A stretch of DNA of 64,000 bases. Source: a virus (lineage: Duplodnaviria; Caudoviricetes). The notes below the pieces were generated by a model. That model worked only from the letters and a program-made list of their open reading frames with translations, did no database searches and was not told where the DNA came from. Every line of letters starts with the position of its first letter. Position 1 is the stretch's first letter. Made by a program: the position numbers and the translations under genes. The DNA lies in IMG/VR virus record IMGVR_UViG_3300021959_007005; one strand, 5' to 3'. Of the stretch, positions 56,826-64,000 are shown piece after piece.

Positions 56826-59800
56826 ATGGCTATAAATTATGATCATCAACGAGATAGGATTACATCTACATCAGATGTATTAACAATAAGTACAACTGGT
56901 GCACTTGGTGTACCAGTAGGAAATACTGCACAACGACCAACCGCGGCAAGCGGTCAAATACGTTTTAACACACAACTGCAATCGTTTGAAGGTTACAATG
57001 GATCTGGATGGAGTTCGTTAGGTGGTATAGTTGATGTAGATCAAGATACTAAAATTACAGCAGAATCTGCACCTGGATCAGACGAAGATACCCTTACATT
57101 TACAACAGCTGGTGTAGACCGAGCATCAATAAATAGTGCAGGACTATTCAATGTCGTTTCGCAATTAACTGTAGGTGGTAATGTACAGTTTAATGGTACA
57201 TTAAACACACATACTATCCCAAGTGGTACTGGGACAATCGCGCTAACAAGTGATTTGTATACAGATAGTGATGTTGATACACACTTAAATCAAGGTAGTG
57301 CAATAACCAATCAGGTACTAAGTTGGGACGGTACAGATTATAATTGGGTAACAAATAGTGGTGCAGGTATAGTCTTATCTGACATTAGTGTTGGTGCAGA
57401 AGGTACTGCCGCAGGCGATGGCGGAATTACATATGATAACATTACTGGCGTTTTTACATACATACCTCCAGTATTAAGTGGTATCACTGGAAATACAGAT
57501 GATATAACTGAAGGCACAACAAATTTATATTACACTACCGCAAGAGCAAATGCAGATTTCGATACAAGATTAGCAACTAAGTCAACGACAGACTTAGCAG
57601 AAGGAACTAATCTATATTACACAGCGGCACGTGATACAGCACAATTCAACACAGATTTAGCAACTAAGTCAACTACAGACTTAGCAGAAGGAACTAACCT
57701 ATATTATACAGATGCAAGAGCAAGAGCAGTCTCATTAGAAAATATAGTAGAAGACACTACGCCACAACTGGGTGGTGATTTAGATCTTAATTCCAAAGAT
57801 ATCACTGGAACTGGTAATATTAATATTACTGGTAATGCAGTGATTAGTGGATACTTAGCTGGTCCTGCTAATTTTGTTATTGACCCAGCAGGTGTTGGAG
57901 ATAACACAGGTAAAGTTGTAATTGCTGGCGATTTACAAGTTGATGGAACAACTACAACAATTAACAGTACAACATTAGACGTTGATGATCTTAATATTAC
58001 TGTGGCTAAAGGAGCCGCAGATTCTGCGGCTGCAAACGGAGCTGGGTTAACAGTTGACGGTGCAGGCGCTAATATTACATACACACATGCAACTACTAGT
58101 TGGGACTTTAATAAAGATATTATACTATCCGGTGACTTTTTGCCTGATGGTGACGAAACAAGAGATATAGGTAGTTCAACTAAAAAATGGAAAGATTTAT
58201 ATCTAAGTGGAAGTACTATAAAGTTAGGGGCAGGAACGCTTAATGCCACAGGAACAGTTATTGGCTCTCCTGGAGGTTTTGATCTTAGTGTTAATGATAC
58301 TGACGATTTATCAGAAGGAACAACTAATCTTTACTATACGTCTGCAAGAGCGAATGCAGACTTCGATACAAAATTAGCAGGTGCATACACTGACGATTTA
58401 TCAGAAGGTTCAACGAATTTATATTTCACTGATGCAAGAGCAAGAGCATCAATATCAGTAACAGATAATGGCGGTGATGGTTCGGTATCATATGATTCAT
58501 CAACTGGTGTTATTTCTTATACTGGTCCAAGTGCGGCAGAAGTTAGAGCTCATGTAAGTGCAAGTGGTGATTTAACATATACTCAATCAACAGGGGTGTT
58601 TAGCGTAACAACATATAAGTCGACTGATTTTGATACTGACTTTGGTAATAAATCAACCGATGACTTATCAGAAGGCACAACGAATTTATATTATACAGAT
58701 GCTCGTGTAGAGGCAGTATCTATTAATGAAGTTGTAGAAGACACAACACCACAACTGGGTGGTGATTTAGATCTTAATTCCAAAGATATCACTGGAACTG
58801 GTAATATTAATATTACTGGTAATGCAACAGTAAGTGGATACTTAGCTGGTCCTGCTAATTTTGTTATTGACCCAGCAGGTGTTGGAGATAACACTGGTAA
58901 GGTTGTAATAGCAGGAGACTTACAAGTTGACGGAACAACTACAACAATTAACAGCACAACACTTGATGTAGATGATCTTAATATCACAGTAGCAAAAGGA
59001 TCGGCAAGTGCCGCGGCTGCTAATGGCGCTGGGTTAACAGTTGACGGTGCAAATGCTACACTTACATATACTAATACAGATGACCGTTGGAACTTAAACA
59101 AAGAACTAAATGTATCAAGGGTACACGGTAATGTGACGGGTAACGTAACTGGTACTGTATCAGATATTTCAAACCACAACACTGACGCACTAAGCGAAGG
59201 TTCAACTAACCTTTACTTCACAGATACTAGAGCAAGAAGTGCAATTAGTGGAGGTACAGGTGTAACATACACACCTAGTACTGGTGTAATTGAAATTGGA
59301 CAGGACGTTGCAACAACATCAGACGTTACATTTAACGATGCTACTTTTGATGGTGAAGTTACAATCGAAGGTGACTTAACAGTTAAAGGCACAACAACAT
59401 CAGTTAACTCAAATGAAGTTAACATTGGTGATAGTATTATACTACTTAATAGTGATGAAACAAGTACACCAAGCCAAAACGGCGGTATTGAAATTGAGCG
59501 TGGTACTAGTGATAATGTTCGTTTTGTATGGGACGAAGTAAATGATCGGTGGAGTGCAGAAATTTATGACACAACCACGAGTGCATTTATTAGTGCAAAA
59601 CTAACTGCTAATGAATTTATTGGTGACGTTACTGGTAATATTACTGGTCAAGTTACAGATATTAGTAACTTCACTACAGACGATTTAACAGAAGGCACAA
59701 CTAATCTTTACTATACAGACGCTAGAACATTAGCTAAAATTAATGTATCTAGTATTAATGAACTTAGTGACGTCGACACAGCAACAACCCCTCCAACAAA

Positions 59801-59906
59801 TGGACAAGTTTTAGTATATGATGGAAATACAACTGAATGGGTACCAGGAACAGTGAGTGGCGGTGGCGGTGGGGGTAACAGTTTATTCCAACTTTTAAAT
59901 CTATAA
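56826..59906 (+). CDS. Repeat-rich tail fibre/structural protein
   Basis: N-terminal GNTAQRP...GQIRFNT motif; eight D-L-x-EG(T/S)-x-NLY(Y/F)T-x-AR repeats; an internal duplication of about 110 aa. Confidence 0.78.
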   Translation: MAINYDHQRDRITSTSDVLTISTTGALGVPVGNTAQRPTAASGQIRFNTQLQSFEGYNGSGWSSLGGIVDVDQDTKITAESAPGSDEDTLTFTTAGVDRASINSAGLFNVVSQLTVGGNVQFNGTLNTHTIPSGTGTIALTSDLYTDSDVDTHLNQGSAITNQVLSWDGTDYNWVTNSGAGIVLSDISVGAEGTAAGDGGITYDNITGVFTYIPPVLSGITGNTDDITEGTTNLYYTTARANADFDTRLATKSTTDLAEGTNLYYTAARDTAQFNTDLATKSTTDLAEGTNLYYTDARARAVSLENIVEDTTPQLGGDLDLNSKDITGTGNINITGNAVISGYLAGPANFVIDPAGVGDNTGKVVIAGDLQVDGTTTTINSTTLDVDDLNITVAKGAADSAAANGAGLTVDGAGANITYTHATTSWDFNKDIILSGDFLPDGDETRDIGSSTKKWKDLYLSGSTIKLGAGTLNATGTVIGSPGGFDLSVNDTDDLSEGTTNLYYTSARANADFDTKLAGAYTDDLSEGSTNLYFTDARARASISVTDNGGDGSVSYDSSTGVISYTGPSAAEVRAHVSASGDLTYTQSTGVFSVTTYKSTDFDTDFGNKSTDDLSEGTTNLYYTDARVEAVSINEVVEDTTPQLGGDLDLNSKDITGTGNINITGNATVSGYLAGPANFVIDPAGVGDNTGKVVIAGDLQVDGTTTTINSTTLDVDDLNITVAKGSASAAAANGAGLTVDGANATLTYTNTDDRWNLNKELNVSRVHGNVTGNVTGTVSDISNHNTDALSEGSTNLYFTDTRARSAISGGTGVTYTPSTGVIEIGQDVATTSDVTFNDATFDGEVTIEGDLTVKGTTTSVNSNEVNIGDSIILLNSDETSTPSQNGGIEIERGTSDNVRFVWDEVNDRWSAEIYDTTTSAFISAKLTANEFIGDVTGNITGQVTDISNFTTDDLTEGTTNLYYTDARTLAKINVSSINELSDVDTATTPPTNGQVLVYDGNTTEWVPGTVSGGGGGGNSLFQLLNL
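57762..58894 (+). repeat. Intragenic direct repeat, 57762-57907 vs 58749-58894 (offset 987 nt)
   Basis: 141 of 146 nt are identical by manual alignment; the homology continues 3' with many synonymous changes. Confidence 0.85.
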
Positions 59907-59938
59907 ATGGATAAATATATTAAAGTAAGGAAATTAAC

Positions 59939-60271
59939 TTGGCACAAGCAATGGAAACATTCAAAACTGCTACAATAGCAGGTTCAGGAACAACACTAGT
60001 GACAGTTGGTGCTGGTTCACATTTTATACACAGTTGTTATATAGCTAATGTATATGGAAGTGCATTACCAATTACAGTTGAAATAGTTCATGCAGATGCC
60101 ACTGTTACACATATTGCTCATAATCTTAAAGTTATGGGAGACGAAGTAGTTGATGTAGCAAAAGATAATAAAATCTATATTCAAGATGGTGACGCAATTA
60201 AAGTCAAGACTACTAGTGCAAAAACTGACGGATTTACTGTTACCCTTAGCTTATTGAAAGAGGCATTATAA
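59939..60271 (+). CDS. Small putative structural protein (TTG start)
   Basis: Beta-rich 110-aa ORF after GATAAATA (59910-59917) and an AAGGA RBS. Confidence 0.6.
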   Translation: MAQAMETFKTATIAGSGTTLVTVGAGSHFIHSCYIANVYGSALPITVEIVHADATVTHIAHNLKVMGDEVVDVAKDNKIYIQDGDAIKVKTTSAKTDGFTVTLSLLKEAL

Positions 60272-60528
60272 TGGCACATTCAGACAGCACCGGTGGAATA
60301 TACGAAGGAACACAGTACGGTGATAAAACATTTTATGGATTTAAATTAGATCCAATTAATGGAGATTTAACAGTGGAAATTATCAATGATGGTACAACAC
60401 CAATTATGATCCCAGATCCAGAAAATATTGGCGGTGACGATTACCGGCAACATTTTTGGAGTGTAGACTCGATTGAGTTTCAATTTAACCATACAACAGG
60501 ACATTTACAAATGGTATTCCTGGCATAA
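60271..60528 (+). CDS. Hypothetical protein
   Basis: 85-aa ORF coupled to the previous stop. Confidence 0.6.
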   Translation: MAHSDSTGGIYEGTQYGDKTFYGFKLDPINGDLTVEIINDGTTPIMIPDPENIGGDDYRQHFWSVDSIEFQFNHTTGHLQMVFLA

Positions 60529-60557
60529 ATATAATAAGTATAAAGTAGGACGCAAAA

Positions 60558-63500
60558 ATGGCAACAATATTAGACCTTGGTAAACTAAGATTTCACTTTG
60601 CAGGTGATTGGCAAGTAGCCACAACTTATGAAATTAATGATGTAGTAAAGTATGGTGGTAACGTTTACGTTTACAGTAGCGTGACACGAACAGCTGGAAA
60701 CCTCCCAACAAACGCAGCATATTGGGCGTTAATGGTAGAAGGTTTTAAATTTAGACAAATATATGATGGAGCAACACAATATCGTGTTGGTGACGGGGTT
60801 GCACATGGTGGTGCAGTATATATTGCTATAGCTGATACACAAGGAAACACCCCTCCAAATGCAACATACTGGAGCCAATTTGCAGATGGTATTCAATGGG
60901 AAGGTGTTTATAGTAGCGCAGGCGTTTATCAAAAGAATGATATAGTACAATATGGTGCAAAAACATATATTGCTAAACAAGATACGACAGGAAATTTGCC
61001 AACGGCTTCAACATATTGGGATCAGTTTGTTGATGGAATTAGTGCAGCAGGTGTTTATAATAATGCCGTTAATTATGTACCAGGTGACTTAGTAGCCTAC
61101 GGTGCCAACATTTATCGTTGTACACTAGAAACATCTGGAAATATACCAACTAATAACGGATTTTGGGAGCTGTTTAGTACAGGTAATAGTTTTAGAGGGT
61201 TATGGGGACCGACTACAGATTATTTTGTTGGTGAAACTGTAAGATTTGGTGGAAACGTTTATTCAGCTAAAATTGATAACGTTGGTAAATCTCCAGATAC
61301 AAATACAACTGAATGGGAATTATTTTCAACTGGTGTAAATTCAAGAGGTGATTGGATAACATCAACAGCCTTTGCAATTAACGATATTGTAGTATACGGA
61401 GGTAATACTTATAATTGTTTAATTAGTCACACGTCAGGAGTATTTAATACTGACCTAGCTGCAAATAAATGGATAAAGTTTAATAGTGGCGTTCGTTATA
61501 TGGGAGCCTGGACAGCTGGCACAACATATCTTAAAGACGATATTGTTAGTGAAAGTGTCAGTACATATATTGCAGCTAGTGATCACGTAGCAGGTAGTGA
61601 CTTTTTTGTAGATAGTGCAAATGGATTATGGACTAGTTTTGTTGTTGGTGCTAGTTATGTGCTTCCAAATACAGCTGGACAAGCTGGTAAGTACTTACAG
61701 ACACCAGATGGTATAAACTATAGTTGGCAGTTTAGTGGTGCTAATGATAAAATTTACTATGTGTCAGAAGACAGTACTAGTAGTGCTGATGATAATGATC
61801 ATGGACAGGCAATTGACTATGCGTTTGCAAGCCTTCGGTTTGCATGTGATTATATCAACGCTGACGTAGCAAACAGAACACCAGCTACAATCTTTATCAA
61901 AGATGGTACTTACAGCGAGCAACTTCCAATTCATATTCCGATTAATACTACTATTGTTGGTGACGGACAGCGTAACTGTATAATCCAACCAGACACAGTG
62001 AATGATGGTGGATTTGGTGCAGGTATTAGTGATGATGGTGTAACACCAAACAATGAAGCTACAATGTTTTTTGTAAACAGTGGAACAATGATAGAAGGCG
62101 TACTCCTTAAAGGTTTAACCGGATTTGTTGACAATACACCAAGTGATATTACAGCGTCGACAGTTAAAGGTTGTTACTTTAGAATTGAACCCGGTGCTAC
62201 ATTAGCCAAATCTCCATACATCAAAGAATCAAGTGCGTTCTCAACAGGAGGCGTTGGTGCTATTGTAGATGGATCGGTTGTTGCCGCAGGTACAGCGGGT
62301 AGTATGGTGTTTCACACATTTACACAAGTACATAACGGTGGCATAGGATTTTGGATAAAAGACAACGGATTGAGTGAAATTGTTAGTTGCTTTACATACT
62401 ATAATACTTACGGTTATGCTGCTACTGGCGGCGGTAAAATACGTGCGCTAAACGGTAACAACAGTTACGGCGAATACGGTGCAGTTTCACAAGGTTTTGA
62501 TACTTCTGAATTTCCACTAAGCGGATATGTTTATGGTGATACAGTTGAGTACACAGTATCAACTCTTAATACAACAGATGGATTTACAGTTGGTGATACA
62601 ATAACTGGTTCACAGACTGATTCATCACAGTCAATAACTGGAATAAGTATAGCTCAACAGGCAACTGTTACCACAACAGGCGCTCATGGATTTTCTGAAG
62701 GTGAAGGATTTGCATTTAGTAGCATTCCTGAAGCCGTATGGCAGCCAATTTTAGGTAGCCACGGAACAGCAAATATGTATAACAGAACATGGTATGCAGA
62801 CGTTGTAGATACAACTAGTTTTAGAATATGTACAAACCCAGATTTAACTAATTATCTAGATACACGATCACTTGCTGGTTGGGGATTTGTTACAGTGGCA
62901 ATTCAAGATGCAACACGTAGTAACCCAGTTATTATAACGGCAGCTAATCACGGATATTCTAATGGTCAATTAGTTCAAGCAGTAACAGGTGTTGCAGGTA
63001 TGACACAACTTAATGGAAATGACTATTATGCAGCCAATGTTACAACTAACACGCTTGAACTTTATAGTGATTCTGGACTTTCAAACAGTGTAGACGGAAC
63101 AGCGTATACAGCTTATACTAGTGGCGGTAGTGCAACAAGAATTCTAAACGGTACTACACTATCGGGAGGAAATGTACTATCAACAAAATATACAGCCAGT
63201 GTTGCTAATATACAAACAAATTTAAATCCAGCAACTAAGCATAGACTAGTTATTAATGATATCTATCATGGTTATGCAGGGCAAACATTTAAAGTAACTG
63301 TTCAAAATAATGGATTGGGAAACAGATATCTGTTTAATGGGCAAGAAGCACAAGCTATTAAAATGGACACTAAACACAGGATGTACATTTTTGAACAAAA
63401 TGATAGTACTAATATTAGTCATCCACTATATTTTAGTACAACTGCTGACGGTATCCATGCTGGCGGCGCAGAACATACTGTAGCTAAAGATGCGGCAGCT

Positions 63501-64000
63501 GGGCTTGGTAGTGGATCAAGTGTAGAGTACTGGTTAGATGGTGTAAATGTAGGCAACTTAGCTGCTTATGATAGTGGGTTTGCTTCCGCAACTGCTAGAG
63601 AAGTTAGAGTAATTGGCTCCGTCGCAGATTTATATGCAGTATGTAAAAATCATTCTGGAATGGGTGGAGGAAGAAAATTCACTCCAACAACTGGAACTAC
63701 ATATGATCCAACTACTGGTGTGATGGTATTGGAAATTGGCGCACACAGTTTAGCCTTGGGGTCACATATTATTTTAGATAATGAAAGTTTGACATTTACG
63801 TGTGCATATGATGGTAATACAACACAAATTGCATATCCAAAAGCGAGTAGTGCGGGTGTATTTGAAACTTATATATCAATACTTGAGGTAACAGCTACAA
63901 CAATTACAGTTAATGTTGGCGTAGCAACTGGAGCGGCGGCAGCTAGTGTCCACTCTTTTGTAAGCGCAACAGCAAATGCAGTTAAGCCAATTGGCGCAAG
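60558..64000 (+). CDS. Large fibre/adhesin with seven CBM5/12-like repeats and a pectin-lyase-like beta-helix (runs off the right edge; absent from the ORF track)
   Basis: Manual translation from the ATG at 60558 (AGGA RBS, CATAAATA at 60524) gives MATILDLGKLRF..., then seven roughly 45-aa W/Y-x5-Y-x2-(N/G)D-x-V-x-YGG-x-x-Y units, then TIFIKDGTYSEQLPIHIP..TTIVGDGQR. Spot checks are in frame at 61920 and 63960. Confidence 0.82.
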   Translation, partial: MATILDLGKLRFHFAGDWQVATTYEINDVVKYGGNVYVYSSVTRTAGNLPTNAAYWALMVEGFKFRQIYDGATQYRVGDGVAHGGAVYIAIADTQGNTPPNATYWSQFADGIQWEGVYSSAGVYQKNDIVQYGAKTYIAKQDTTGNLPTASTYWDQFVDGISAAGVYNNAVNYVPGDLVAYGANIYRCTLETSGNIPTNNGFWELFSTGNSFRGLWGPTTDYFVGETVRFGGNVYSAKIDNVGKSPDTNTTEWELFSTGVNSRGDWITSTAFAINDIVVYGGNTYNCLISHTSGVFNTDLAANKWIKFNSGVRYMGAWTAGTTYLKDDIVSESVSTYIAASDHVAGSDFFVDSANGLWTSFVVGASYVLPNTAGQAGKYLQTPDGINYSWQFSGANDKIYYVSEDSTSSADDNDHGQAIDYAFASLRFACDYINADVANRTPATIFIKDGTYSEQLPIHIPINTTIVGDGQRNCIIQPDTVNDGGFGAGISDDGVTPNNEATMFFVNSGTMIEGVLLKGLTGFVDNTPSDITASTVKGCYFRIEPGATLAKSPYIKESSAFSTGGVGAIVDGSVVAAGTAGSMVFHTFTQVHNGGIGFWIKDNGLSEIVSCFTYYNTYGYAATGGGKIRALNGNNSYGEYGAVSQGFDTSEFPLSGYVYGDTVEYTVSTLNTTDGFTVGDTITGSQTDSSQSITGISIAQQATVTTTGAHGFSEGEGFAFSSIPEAVWQPILGSHGTANMYNRTWYADVVDTTSFRICTNPDLTNYLDTRSLAGWGFVTVAIQDATRSNPVIITAANHGYSNGQLVQAVTGVAGMTQLNGNDYYAANVTTNTLELYSDSGLSNSVDGTAYTAYTSGGSATRILNGTTLSGGNVLSTKYTASVANIQTNLNPATKHRLVINDIYHGYAGQTFKVTVQNNGLGNRYLFNGQEAQAIKMDTKHRMYIFEQNDSTNISHPLYFSTTADGIHAGGAEHTVAKDAAAGLGSGSSVEYWLDGVNVGNLAAYDSGFASATAREVRVIGSVADLYAVCKNHSGMGGGRKFTPTTGTTYDPTTGVMVLEIGAHSLALGSHIILDNESLTFTCAYDGNTTQIAYPKASSAGVFETYISILEVTATTITVNVGVATGAAAASVHSFVSATANAVKPIGA

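Noticed and set aside
57762-58894. Possible diversity-generating retroelement template/variable repeat pair
   Set aside because: Both copies lie inside one ORF, the mismatches are not adenine-specific, and there is no reverse transcriptase in the window.
57704-59182. Two near-identical minus-strand ORFs (57704-58249 and 58691-59182) that look like a repeated gene
   Set aside because: They are antisense to the internal duplication of the fibre gene.
1-64000. Alternative genetic code or stop-codon reassignment
   Set aside because: Standard-code ORFs tile nearly the whole window, including an 11.2-kb ORF, and all three stop codons end genes.

Overview
The whole window is a fragment of a large, AT-rich T4-like (myovirus-type, probably jumbo) phage genome, not cellular DNA. 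From left to right it holds five blocks. (1) 1-12811, minus strand: one tightly coupled operon of at least seven tandem radical-SAM proteins, each with an N-terminal Twitch/SPASM-like Cys domain, plus three glycosyltransferase-like genes and two hypotheticals. (2) 12876-37541, minus strand: a baseplate/tail module (fibre-like genes, a 3745-aa giant protein, gp6, gp25, a lysozyme-like protein, a gp5-like spike, a hub with an M15 peptidase, gp53, gp48/54-like) headed by a cytidylyltransferase-like gene. (3) 37656-43612, plus strand: late sigma gp55, gp47/gp46, a phosphomannomutase-like HAD enzyme, an SGNH hydrolase and a stand-alone GIY-YIG nuclease. These are followed by the only long non-coding stretch (43613-44083), which contains a structured RNA candidate and an origin-like AT-rich palindromic tract. 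(4) A gp26-like hub chaperone with a probable -1 frameshift extension, a tape-measure-like gene and the head module (gp20, core proteins, gp21, gp22, gp23). (5) 52912-end: repeat-rich fibre/decoration genes, an S8 protease, a heme oxygenase and a large adhesin truncated at the window edge. The best candidates for undescribed systems are the radical-SAM/glycosyltransferase tailoring operon and the GIY-YIG plus structured RNA unit. All product calls come from motif recognition by eye; no database search or folding program was run.
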